From: Cyclobacteriaceae bacterium
GTDB taxonomy: Bacteria; Bacteroidota; Bacteroidia; Cytophagales; Cyclobacteriaceae
Assembly: GCA_035492075.1 (NCBI GenBank)
Contig: DATJJP010000030.1
Location: 4,076-68,075 of the forward strand
DNA: 64,000 bases
Direction of reading: 5' to 3'
Under the pieces are notes generated by a model. That model saw only the letters and a list, made by a program, of their open reading frames with translations. It ran no database searches and was not told the origin of the DNA. Shown piece after piece: positions 9,742 through 18,295 of this stretch. Made by a program: the position numbers and the translations under genes. Numbering within the stretch: position 1 is the stretch's first letter; each line of letters opens with the position of its first letter.

Positions 9742-9997
9742 AAAGAAATTTTTGATTAAACGGAATATTTAGTATCCGGCCAGCAGAATCAAGGTTGCCC
9801 CCAAGCAACCAAAAAGACCAGAAATGCTAAAAGGTATATAAACACCAGACCACCTAGTCCTAAAAGCAAGAGCACGAGAGAATCGGTTTTGTTTTTCATT
9901 TCGGATGCTATCTATGTTCTCATTCACTTATCAATTCCCGAAGACATCGAACCAAAATTTCCTGCAAAAAAACTCCAGCACGGACACAAATTGGTTT

Positions 9998-10345
9998 TTA
10001 AAAAATCATAAGTTTTAGGGCGTCCAACCCTAATTGATCTGCCAGAAAATCTAAGTTTAAAAACACCAATCCCAAATACCTAGCTGCACGACATGTCAAT
10101 TCTGGGTGCTTCTCCATCACGCAAAAAGAAAACGATAGAGGATTTTCTATCACTCCCAAGTTCGCATCTAAAACTAGCATGTGACGACCATTTTGGATGA
10201 AGACGTTACACGTGCATAAGTTGACACGTTTGTTGTCAACACAATCTATTGCTCTCGTCATTGCACCTATGTCGCAATCTTTGCTCACGAGCTTCCTGTT
10301 TGCCAATTCAAAACTGGGCTCTTTTCTGTTTAAATGAAATCGCAT
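9998..10345 (-). CDS. hypothetical Cys-rich ORF (doubtful)
   Basis: Only an open frame, with no recognisable motif. Its first four codons (MRFH) are part of the 22-bp inverted repeat and dyad site 3. Either the start is further in (M29, 10261) or the ORF is not real. Confidence 0.3.
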   Translation of the reverse strand: MRFHLNRKEPSFELANRKLVSKDCDIGAMTRAIDCVDNKRVNLCTCNVFIQNGRHMLVLDANLGVIENPLSFSFCVMEKHPELTCRAARYLGLVFLNLDFLADQLGLDALKLMIF

Positions 10346-10353
10346 CTACATGC
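10332..10353. repeat. left arm of 22-bp inverted repeat; contains dyad site 3 (GCATCTACATGC, 10342-10353)
   Basis: AAATGAAATCGCATctACATGC. The reverse complement of the right arm is AAATGAAATCGCATgaACATGC (20/22 identical). Confidence 0.8.
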
Positions 10354-10509
10354 TATTTTCGTAAATCGATGCGAGAATTTGTTGTAACCGTTTGCATCGT
10401 GAATACCTCTGCTTTTCCAAGTAAAAAAATGATGTAAGCAATTTCTCAATAAAAACGATTCTGGTTTTCTGAACCCTTTGTCAAGACAAGTGAATGCTTA
10501 ATTAAAAAA

Positions 10510-10531
10510 GCATGTTCATGCGATTTCATTT
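10510..10531. repeat. right arm of 22-bp inverted repeat; contains dyad site 4 (GCATGTTCATGC, 10510-10521)
   Basis: GCATGTTCATGCGATTTCATTT, 48 nt upstream of the CZB ATG at 10569. Confidence 0.8.
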
Positions 10532-10568
10532 GTCACTCGGTGCTACCAACTTTACAAATAAAGTAGGT

Positions 10569-10916
10569 ATGGCAAACTTTGATTTCTTGATGGCAAAACA
10601 AAAACACTTGAGTTGGAAATTTCGTCTCCGTGACTTTTTGGACGGAAGAGAATCTCTGACTTTGGAACAAGCCGTTTCTTATAGGGACTGTGACCTGGGC
10701 AAATGGCTTTACTCGGTAGGTTTTGAAAAATACAAAACCTACCCCGAAATGCAGGAACTAGAGAAAGTCCATATGACTTTACACGAAACTATTCGCCACA
10801 TCGTGGAATTGAAACATCGGGGGGAAGATATCAAGGCCAACGATGCTTTTCAAACAATTGAACCGATTTCCGATAAAATCATCAAGCTCCTGGACACAAT
10901 CAGCATGAAATCATAA
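10569..10916 (+). CDS. stand-alone CZB (chemoreceptor zinc-binding) domain protein
   Basis: KQKHLSWKFRLRDFLDG ... YRDCDLGKWLY ... VHMTLHETIRH reproduces the His/Cys zinc-ligand pattern of CZB four-helix bundles. Start placed at MANFDF. Confidence 0.8.
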   Translation: MANFDFLMAKQKHLSWKFRLRDFLDGRESLTLEQAVSYRDCDLGKWLYSVGFEKYKTYPEMQELEKVHMTLHETIRHIVELKHRGEDIKANDAFQTIEPISDKIIKLLDTISMKS

Positions 10917-11015
10917 GGCTCCTGCGAGCAGGATTAGGGGTTGAACTTTGCTATTGCGAAATCTACACCAATCCTATTATTGATATTAATATTTAAACGC
11001 AAAAACAAAACCTCT

Positions 11016-11399
11016 ATGAAGCTTCTATCAAAAGAAGAAATTACGGCAAAGCCTGAAGCACCACTTCGCGTTAAGTGCAAGCTGATTTCTGTGACATGCT
11101 ACAGGGCATCAGAGCGCGGCGGAGATGAGATTTATTTAAAAATTGAGAATAAGAAAATTTGGCCAGCTCGTCCGTTCGCTAAAATAAAACCGTCAGAAGA
11201 AATCATGATTGATGTTGATGTCTTCTCGGACGAGAGGGGTTTCCTAAGGGTGGATCTCTGGGAAAAAGACTTTTTTTCAGATGATCTCTTGGGCTTTTTT
11301 CAGTTTGTCAGCGTTGGGTCGAATGGGAAATTCTCAACAGATCTCACTCCTTGCAATAAAGACGTTCCTCCAAGATATATCTTAAATTGGGAAAAATAG
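11016..11399 (+). CDS. hypothetical 127-aa all-beta protein with C2-like acidic motifs
   Basis: The ATG at 11016 is preferred over the track's TTG at 10941. ERGGDEIYLKI and VDLWEKDFFSDDLLGFF are spaced about 50 aa apart. This recalls the DxGGxSDPYVKI and DxDxxSxxDxIGxF loops of C2 domains. Confidence 0.55.
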   Translation: MKLLSKEEITAKPEAPLRVKCKLISVTCYRASERGGDEIYLKIENKKIWPARPFAKIKPSEEIMIDVDVFSDERGFLRVDLWEKDFFSDDLLGFFQFVSVGSNGKFSTDLTPCNKDVPPRYILNWEK

Positions 11400-11551
11400 T
11401 AGTCTTCCCGTTATTGGAAGTTCGCCTTCCATTTCTACCGTCCATGAATTGTTCGCCTTCGATAACTTGTAGCTCGAAAAGTATGTGAAGATTAATCGCG
11501 GGCTTCGCGCAAGGGCTGATAATAACTCGCTAGACCTAAACCCTTCACAGC

Positions 11552-12742
11552 CTATTGTTGTTGTTTCGCTATGAATATGAAGTCACTTCCACTTGGCTCG
11601 GGAGCAAAAGAACCGAATCGAGGTGATATTGTCAGCTTCTCTAGATGAGTAATTAGTTCAAACGTAGTAAGTATGCCATCGTCTCCTCCATAGGAAGCGA
11701 GAGATTCTAAAAAGCGCGCAGCGAATGGTGAGTGCTTTCCCGGAACTCCGTCAGAAACATATTCTTTTCCTCCTGACGTTAAGAATTTTCTGGTCCGCAG
11801 GCTTAGCTTACGTGCAATAAATTCGCTGTTGGAAGCCCGGTCAGTATCCTCCGAGCCACGAGTTCGCGAGATTACTGGATCAAGAGTTCCACCGTAACAC
11901 ACATCCATCATCAGAAAAATATGTTCAATGGGGATATTATTAATTACGCCCCGAAGTCGGTTGTGAGATATGTAAGAGTTTCGCGATGGATCTTTCCGTA
12001 AAGAGTTTTTAGTCACCACATAGCCCTCACCAAAAGTCTCGTCGAATTGACCGTGTCCAGCAAAGAACACAAGCAACTGATCTTGTGGTTTAAATTTTTT
12101 GTCATTATATGCTCTGAGTTTTTCCCATACTCGCTCGGTAGTGGCGTTTTCGACAATCTCCACCTCGAATCCGTACTTTTCTTGGAGCACTTTTGCAATT
12201 GCCTTTCCATCCTCAACTGGATTGACAAGATCGTCCCAATTGTCGTACTTGTCTGTAACGAACATCAACGCATGATCCTTTCGATCAATTAAAGCTGTTT
12301 CCGAGGCGAATCCACTACCGACCAAAATATCGCGATGGCTCGAAACTGTTGCCCCCTCAATATTAGAGGCTGTAACCTCCACAAAATTTGACCCCTTGTC
12401 AAGACTAATGGTTTGATGTAAGTGGTAGACACCCTCAACATTTTTAATATTGAACATTTTGCTCGCATAGACAACACCATCGGTACGCCCCCCCAAGCTG
12501 ACCTTTAGCTCCTTTAGGTTCAGCCGTGATTTTATTTCTACGTCAATATCTACCTTGCTTTCAGGGCTGGATGTATATTCCAGCCGTGGACTAACCCATT
12601 TGATCGCTGGAAGTTGATTTGAGTTGGGAAGTACACCTTCCTGTAAATTTAAATGCATTTCATTCGTTGTGCCTGATATCACTTGGCCCAACGAAACGGA
12701 AATTGAAAGCCACAGAATGAAAGCAAAGTTTAACTGTTTCAC
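11552..12742 (-). CDS. secreted caspase-family (peptidase C14) protease with N-terminal Ig-like domain
   Basis: Signal peptide MKQLNFAFILWLSISVSLGQ. Catalytic dyad context LLVFFAGHGQF (His) and IFLMMDVCYGG (Cys) at caspase-typical spacing. Confidence 0.85.
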   Translation of the reverse strand: MKQLNFAFILWLSISVSLGQVISGTTNEMHLNLQEGVLPNSNQLPAIKWVSPRLEYTSSPESKVDIDVEIKSRLNLKELKVSLGGRTDGVVYASKMFNIKNVEGVYHLHQTISLDKGSNFVEVTASNIEGATVSSHRDILVGSGFASETALIDRKDHALMFVTDKYDNWDDLVNPVEDGKAIAKVLQEKYGFEVEIVENATTERVWEKLRAYNDKKFKPQDQLLVFFAGHGQFDETFGEGYVVTKNSLRKDPSRNSYISHNRLRGVINNIPIEHIFLMMDVCYGGTLDPVISRTRGSEDTDRASNSEFIARKLSLRTRKFLTSGGKEYVSDGVPGKHSPFAARFLESLASYGGDDGILTTFELITHLEKLTISPRFGSFAPEPSGSDFIFIAKQQQ

Positions 12743-12763
12743 TTTTGAATGTTTTTTTTGTTA

Positions 12764-15700
12764 TCAATACATAATCAATTTTCCAGAATAAAATTGCGGA
12801 GGAGCGGAACCTGAATTAGTCTCAGCTCTAAAAAAATATAATCCAGGCTGAACCCTTCGTCCATCGGAGGTTTGGCCATCCCATATAATTTTACGGAGCC
12901 CTCGTTCCTTGCTAGTTTGATACAACTCCTTCACAATCATTCCTCTCAGGTCCAAAATTTGTAGTCTGTCTGTTGATGGTTGTTCATCGTTAGTAAAAGC
13001 AATTGGAATTGTAATCTGTCCATTTGACGGGTTAGGATTAGGCACCCCCAGTTGCACTTGGGTCGCCTCCGCCGCTCCCACTGAACTATAATATATTTTG
13101 AATTGTCGATTGTCGCCGTGAAAAGAGTATGCATTTATGGAAAGCATATCTGTTATGATATTCGCTTGCAGATCATGCAAAATCAATTCGCATCCACGCC
13201 GTTTTAATTGTTGCGAATCCCAGCTAATGTTGATACGTCCAGACTCTCCAGAATTCAATGAAAAAGTCCAAGTAAAAGAGTCTTGTGTTGGAACAATGTC
13301 TCGAGTGAATTTTGGAGTGAAATACTCTGGGTGATACGAATTCCATTCTAGGTAATTTAGAAATCGCGGCACGGTTAGATCATCAAACTCATCCTTACCT
13401 GCTTTAGCTTTAGGGTGCATACCCAATGCTCCAAGGGAGTTTTGAATTCCATTTTGTTCCACGGTGATCGGCATAACCCATGCGCCTTGTTCAACGAACT
13501 TATCGTCGCCTTTTTTAGTCATTCGTCCTCCTGGAATTATCTTGCTGGTCAAAGGTATCTTCAAACTCACGGCTTTATCTGCATGAACGAAGGCTCCGCT
13601 ATATTTTTCAAGACGAGTGGTGTCTTTAAATCCCCCCGTCTTCGGATTAAACACTTTTAATTGTCCAACTGAAGTCAAACTATTGAAATCCAGTATCTTA
13701 CTCCAATCAACATCAAACGGATATGGTGTTGCAATCTGATTCCAGCCTTGGTCGAGTTGAAGGACAAATTCGTTGCCTTGATAATTGTCAGGAGAAATCT
13801 GAGAACCGAACTTCAAATCTACTTGCTTCTTAGTGAGGAGCCAATAACTTTTCCCTCGTATAAACCCCGATTTGGAAAGCCCCTGATCTAGGTAATCTAC
13901 GTTTTCATTATTTTGATAGTGAACAAACCTCCACTTTTTAGGGTCATAGGTGCCAAGATCAGGGTTTGCTTCTAGAATTGCACCAATAGTGCCAGCTAAG
14001 TCATAAGGACTGGAAATCATCGTGTAATCCTTGACCGAAGCTCCAAACGAAGTACGGTTGATTGCAAAATTGTTTTGCTGTCGAATCCTATAGGTTGTAT
14101 TTACATCTGCTGGGCTTCTCTTTGACTTACCAGACTTATCCTGAACAGTTAAGTAAAATTCCAGCCCCATCTCGTCAAGCATGCTGGGATCCACGGTCCA
14201 TTGCGCTTGGCTCGTTTGGGGTCCTGAAAGGACTTTTGTCGCTTGTGAATAAGTAGGTTCAGCTATTTTCCTGTAAAATAGGGTTGCTGTGAGTGGGTAA
14301 AAATATCCCGCAACTGCTGCCGAAATCTGATCATTTGATACTGGAACACTTGGGGTTCCCAGTAAAATATCAAAAGGATTGGGACCGCCGTTGATCGGGC
14401 CGGTTGAAAATGGCTGCGTGTCTGAATAGGCTGAAACCCCGTTGGAATTTCCAGCACTTAGTCTCCAATAGTACGCTGTCCCAGGAGTCAATCCGGTGAG
14501 GTCCTGCCCTACGTAGCCATTAATTACTTTCGGCTTATAACCAACGAGTAAACTTGCATCCCCAAATGTATCATCGATGGAAACCTCAAGCCCGTAGTGA
14601 TCGGCACCAGTTACGGCCTCCCAGTCGAGATGAGCAGTAGTGGTAGTAGCGGTATTAGTTAAGTTAGTAGGAACATCTGGGATCGTAGTCCTCGACAAAC
14701 CCGCTGAGTAAGGAGAGTAAGTTCCATTAAATGCACGTACTTGAAAATCGTAAGATGTTGCAGATAATAGGCCTAAAACGGGACAATCTGTGGCAGTGGT
14801 ACCTGTACACGCATCGGTCCATGAAGCTTCTGTGCTCTTTTTAAACTGAATATCATACTTTGTAGCGGTTGGCACGCTCGGCCAAGTGATTGTAACCTGA
14901 TTTGCCGAAAAGCCCGCCGGAGAAATTCCTACCGGTGTCGCAGGGCTGGTAAGAATTGAGATTGAAGGATTCTCGGAGGAGTAAGGAGAAGAACCACTTG
15001 TGTTGATTGCGCTCACTCTATAATAGTAGATCGTGCCTGGACTCAAGCTCGAGATGACGGCATTCGCTCCAGTTCCACCAGGAATAGTTTGAGTTGACCC
15101 ACCAGGGAAACTGCTGTCGCTGGATAATTGAACTGAGTAATTGAGCACACCATCCGAACCACCCGAGGGAGCCGACCAGTTCGCAGTGAACTGTGTCTGG
15201 CCAATTGTCGCTGACGAAACGGCTGTTGCTGTAGGCGTTCCAGGAAGGGACAAAATTGTAGCAGGCGAAGAGAATGGCGAGTTGGTTCCATTGAAAGCAC
15301 TTACCTGAACATCATACTGTGTATTACTCATCAGTCCCGTAAGGGTGCAAGTTGTGGCTGATGTACGCGAGCATCCAGTTGACCATGTTCCCGAACCAAT
15401 AATCCGGTATCCGACATCGTATCCTGTCGCTGTCGCAATGCTCGCCCAACCGACAGTAGCTTGATTGGCGGAAAATGTCGTGGTGGAAATTCCCATCGGT
15501 GTAACAGGGCTGGTGAGCACCGAGATCGGAGGAGTTTCAGTAGAATAAGGTGAGGAGCCGCTCGTGTTGGCGGCGCTTACACGATAGTAATACACGGTAC
15601 CAGGAATCAGGCCTGTAATAGGTGTACTGGTACTTGTCCCCGCTGGAATTAGTTGTACTCCAGTTGTGAAAGCATTATCAGTTGCCGTCTGAACGGTATA

Positions 15701-17434
15701 AGTGAGCACTCCATTGCCCGAAGCCGCGAGCCAGTTAGCAGTAAAATGATCCTGGCCTATCGTCCCCAAGGAAGCAGCTGTTGCTGTGGGTGCGCTAGGA
15801 ACGGTGAGTGCACTATTCGAGATTGAAGAAGGTGAAACATTTCCATTGACATTGGCCGCTCGTACTCTGTAGTAGTAGATGGTATTAGGCTGCAGCCCAG
15901 CGCTTATTGTTATTGGGTAAGTAACGACATTTCCAACATCTAAATTATTGTATCCAGCGAGGAACGAAGCAAAACCTGGATCAGTGGAAACGTCAAGGTA
16001 ATATTTGGTTGCGCCCGTAGATGTTGACCAGCTTGCTACGAATGAGGTTTGAGTGACCGAAGAGGGTCCGTTGGCCGTGGGCGTTGCCGGGGTGGTGATG
16101 AACGACACGGAAGGACTGGTATAACTTGACGAGCCAGTCACATTATTCGCTTTTACATGGTAGTAATAAGTTGTGCCGGGGGTCAGGGTCGATATGGTGG
16201 TACTTAAACCACTCACTGTGGCGGACAGTACGGACGCACTGAAATCGCTCAGTGGCGATACCTGGGCTGTATAGCTGGCAGCACCGCCAACGGGGGCCGA
16301 CCAGTTTGCAGTGAACTGTGCCTGACCGATCGCCGAGGCCGATGGTGAAGTGGGTGCGTCAGGAAGCGTTAAGACTGTAGTGTAGCCAATGGAGTACGGA
16401 GACGAACCCGTCCCATTGGTCGCCAATACACGGTAGTAATAGCTGGTATTTGAGCTCAGGGTCGTAAAAAGTGCGCTTAGAGTGGAGATAGTTTGTGTTG
16501 ACCCGCTCGAGAAGGTGTTGTCTGGAGAAAGTTGGACTGTGTAGGAAGTGATTGCTCCGTTGCCCGAGGCGGCCGGCCAGTTGGCCGTCAATTGCGTCTG
16601 ACCGATTGACGACCCGGGCGATGGCGTTGGTGCACCGGGCAGTGTCAGTACTGTCGTGTATGTGCCCGAGTACGGTGAAGGCCCGCTGTTGTTGGTCGCC
16701 AATACGCGGTAATAATAGTTGGTATTTGAACTCAGGCCTCCAATAGTTGTACTGGTACTACTCACAGGGGTAACCGTTAGTAGACCTGTGGTGAAACCAT
16801 TATCCGTGGCTACTTGAACAGTGTAAGAGAGCGTACCATCCAAACCTCCAGCAGGAGCCAACCAGTTTGCAGTAAACTGTGTCGTACCGATTGCATTAGC
16901 ACTCAAAGGAGTGGGTACGCCAGGCCTCGTCAAGATATTAACCAAACCAGAATTTGAAGCCGTTGTCGTCGACTGCTCTTGAAAACCCGTGGGTGTACTA
17001 GGAGGCGGTTGTTGGGGACCCAGGGCCTGATAACATGTCACCAAGCCATCTACGCTCAAATAGTAGCGTGTGTTAGGAGTTAAACCCGTAAGACTGCAGT
17101 TGGTGGCGATGGACGTTGAAGTTCCATTTCCGACAGTACAGTCTTTGGTCAACGGCCCAGTCGAAGTGTTGTACCAGCCATAATAGGTATCTGCTTTTAA
17201 AGAACTGGACCAAGTGAGGTCGATCGATGTTGAATTTGGTGAGTTATATGCCGTAATACTGAAACTGCCAGGTGGAGGAAGAGGATCTTCATACATAAGA
17301 TCGCCTCCGTTCCAAAGGCACCGCGCTTGCGAAAAAGATGGCGGTGCAAGGGCAACGGAGAGTGCAAAACACGCAAGCACGATCCTAGTAATCTTAACAA
17401 CCTTAATGGGCATCAACTTGTTTTGGGCAGTCAT
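12764..17434 (-). CDS. giant cell-surface protein: about 11 fibronectin type III modules, a ~450-aa unknown domain and a T9SS C-terminal sorting domain
   Basis: Signal peptide, then repeated ...FTANW...YTVQ...T.YYYRV... FN3 units. The last ~85 aa (NPSNGQITIP...LQILDLRGMIVKEL...GLYFFRAET...GKLIMY) match the type A Por/T9SS CTD pattern. An alternative start is M8 (17413). Confidence 0.9.
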   Translation of the reverse strand: MTAQNKLMPIKVVKITRIVLACFALSVALAPPSFSQARCLWNGGDLMYEDPLPPPGSFSITAYNSPNSTSIDLTWSSSLKADTYYGWYNTSTGPLTKDCTVGNGTSTSIATNCSLTGLTPNTRYYLSVDGLVTCYQALGPQQPPPSTPTGFQEQSTTTASNSGLVNILTRPGVPTPLSANAIGTTQFTANWLAPAGGLDGTLSYTVQVATDNGFTTGLLTVTPVSSTSTTIGGLSSNTNYYYRVLATNNSGPSPYSGTYTTVLTLPGAPTPSPGSSIGQTQLTANWPAASGNGAITSYTVQLSPDNTFSSGSTQTISTLSALFTTLSSNTSYYYRVLATNGTGSSPYSIGYTTVLTLPDAPTSPSASAIGQAQFTANWSAPVGGAASYTAQVSPLSDFSASVLSATVSGLSTTISTLTPGTTYYYHVKANNVTGSSSYTSPSVSFITTPATPTANGPSSVTQTSFVASWSTSTGATKYYLDVSTDPGFASFLAGYNNLDVGNVVTYPITISAGLQPNTIYYYRVRAANVNGNVSPSSISNSALTVPSAPTATAASLGTIGQDHFTANWLAASGNGVLTYTVQTATDNAFTTGVQLIPAGTSTSTPITGLIPGTVYYYRVSAANTSGSSPYSTETPPISVLTSPVTPMGISTTTFSANQATVGWASIATATGYDVGYRIIGSGTWSTGCSRTSATTCTLTGLMSNTQYDVQVSAFNGTNSPFSSPATILSLPGTPTATAVSSATIGQTQFTANWSAPSGGSDGVLNYSVQLSSDSSFPGGSTQTIPGGTGANAVISSLSPGTIYYYRVSAINTSGSSPYSSENPSISILTSPATPVGISPAGFSANQVTITWPSVPTATKYDIQFKKSTEASWTDACTGTTATDCPVLGLLSATSYDFQVRAFNGTYSPYSAGLSRTTIPDVPTNLTNTATTTTAHLDWEAVTGADHYGLEVSIDDTFGDASLLVGYKPKVINGYVGQDLTGLTPGTAYYWRLSAGNSNGVSAYSDTQPFSTGPINGGPNPFDILLGTPSVPVSNDQISAAVAGYFYPLTATLFYRKIAEPTYSQATKVLSGPQTSQAQWTVDPSMLDEMGLEFYLTVQDKSGKSKRSPADVNTTYRIRQQNNFAINRTSFGASVKDYTMISSPYDLAGTIGAILEANPDLGTYDPKKWRFVHYQNNENVDYLDQGLSKSGFIRGKSYWLLTKKQVDLKFGSQISPDNYQGNEFVLQLDQGWNQIATPYPFDVDWSKILDFNSLTSVGQLKVFNPKTGGFKDTTRLEKYSGAFVHADKAVSLKIPLTSKIIPGGRMTKKGDDKFVEQGAWVMPITVEQNGIQNSLGALGMHPKAKAGKDEFDDLTVPRFLNYLEWNSYHPEYFTPKFTRDIVPTQDSFTWTFSLNSGESGRINISWDSQQLKRRGCELILHDLQANIITDMLSINAYSFHGDNRQFKIYYSSVGAAEATQVQLGVPNPNPSNGQITIPIAFTNDEQPSTDRLQILDLRGMIVKELYQTSKERGLRKIIWDGQTSDGRRVQPGLYFFRAETNSGSAPPQFYSGKLIMY
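14400..17281 (-). repeat. intragenic tandem FN3-coding repeats (about 270-300 bp units)
   Basis: Repeated peptide blocks such as LTLPGAPTP..IGQTQ(L/F)TANW and SSNT(N/S)YYYRVLATN recur along the ORF. Boundaries are approximate. Confidence 0.8.
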
Positions 17435-17447
17435 GTTATATGGCTAA

Positions 17448-18191
17448 TCATTTAGGTAAAATGGGACCAGGCAAATCGGGTTCAGTATTTTTCGAACTCA
17501 AAGCAAAAATCCCAGTGCTGATAATCGCGCCAGCAGCAAATTTGAATACCAGTGGAATCCGTCGGCGAATTGAAAAGATACCGGTGTAGACAACCTCATC
17601 ACTGTTTTTGGTATCGCTTACACGCAACCGATAGTTTTCCCCTACGCGCACGTGAGCAGGGAACTTCAGACCATGGTGCCCAACGTTGGCAATGTTGGGA
17701 AAAGAGGTCACTACCTTGTCGTTTTGAAGCAGTTCAAAATTCAGTATGTTTTGTGCAGAGCCCCCGCTCCAGAGAATATTATAGTTGCGCCCGCGAACAA
17801 CAGATTTGTATTTTTCAAACCCATTTAGCTTTAAAAACGGAACAAACACCGTCGCTCGCAATTCGACAGATACTTTTCCATTGAAAGAGCCACCAAGTTC
17901 TTTCCTGGGGTTCCATATGATTTTTTTGTCACGCCCTGGGCGTACCTCGAATCCTAGGTCTCCGCTTATGTTAATTAAAGGGGCGAGAAAATTGTCCTGC
18001 GAAAAATAGGCGCGGACGACATACAATCGGCCTGGCGTAGAGTCTGTTAAACTATAATGAATTATTACGAGATCATTGTTGTATTCGATTTGACCGATAA
18101 TAATACGTTGCTGCGCCGAGCAACCTTCCATGGCAAGAAGTAAAGAAGCAGTAAAAAGAATAAGTGCTTGAATCCAGAACTTAATATCCAT
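17448..18191 (-). CDS. hypothetical type I membrane protein (signal peptide, two beta-rich domains, C-terminal TM anchor)
   Basis: MDIKFWIQALILFTASLLLAMEGCSA signal/lipobox-like N-terminus, and a C-terminal helix LVFKFAAGAIISTGIFALS. Lies 13 nt upstream of the FN3 gene. The track start at 18200 is a TTG, so the ATG at 18191 is preferred. Confidence 0.7.
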   Translation of the reverse strand: MDIKFWIQALILFTASLLLAMEGCSAQQRIIIGQIEYNNDLVIIHYSLTDSTPGRLYVVRAYFSQDNFLAPLINISGDLGFEVRPGRDKKIIWNPRKELGGSFNGKVSVELRATVFVPFLKLNGFEKYKSVVRGRNYNILWSGGSAQNILNFELLQNDKVVTSFPNIANVGHHGLKFPAHVRVGENYRLRVSDTKNSDEVVYTGIFSIRRRIPLVFKFAAGAIISTGIFALSSKNTEPDLPGPILPK

Positions 18192-18197
18192 TGAATA

Positions 18198-18205
18198 CAA
18201 AACTA
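18198..18205 (-). promoter_or_regulatory. candidate -7 box TAGTTTTG
   Basis: Exact TAnnTTTG on the minus strand, 6 nt before the ATG at 18191. This implies a very short leader. Confidence 0.3.
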
Positions 18206-18230
18206 CCCGAAGGTTAAAAAGCAGGTAATC

Positions 18231-18242
18231 GCATATTCATGC
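18231..18242. promoter_or_regulatory. dyad site 5 (AATCGCATATTCATGCGGTT)
   Basis: Perfect GCAT-N4-ATGC core, with near-perfect 20-bp symmetry. Sits between the response regulator stop (18296) and the start of the anchored-protein/FN3/caspase operon (18191). Confidence 0.55.
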
Positions 18243-18295
18243 GGTTTATTTGTTCGAAATGCGTGTGGGTTGAATGAATCGAGCTGAACTTCAGT

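Noticed and set aside
10346-10509. Interpretation of the inverted-repeat-flanked segment as a bona fide invertible (phase-variable) promoter
   Set aside because: I did not adopt this as the primary call. There is no tyrosine or serine recombinase gene anywhere in the window, and I found no clear TAnnTTTG promoter inside the segment. It is kept only as an alternative in the finding.
11420-11460. 10-bp direct repeat GTTCGCCTTC x2 between the convergent C2-like and caspase genes
   Set aside because: It is short, occurs only twice, and lies in a convergent 3' region. No associated hairpin or further copies were noticed.
14400-17281. Highly repetitive DNA that might be mistaken for a CRISPR array or a satellite
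   Set aside because: The repeat units are about 270-300 bp, imperfect, and contiguous with no spacer architecture. They stay in one long open frame encoding FN3 modules.
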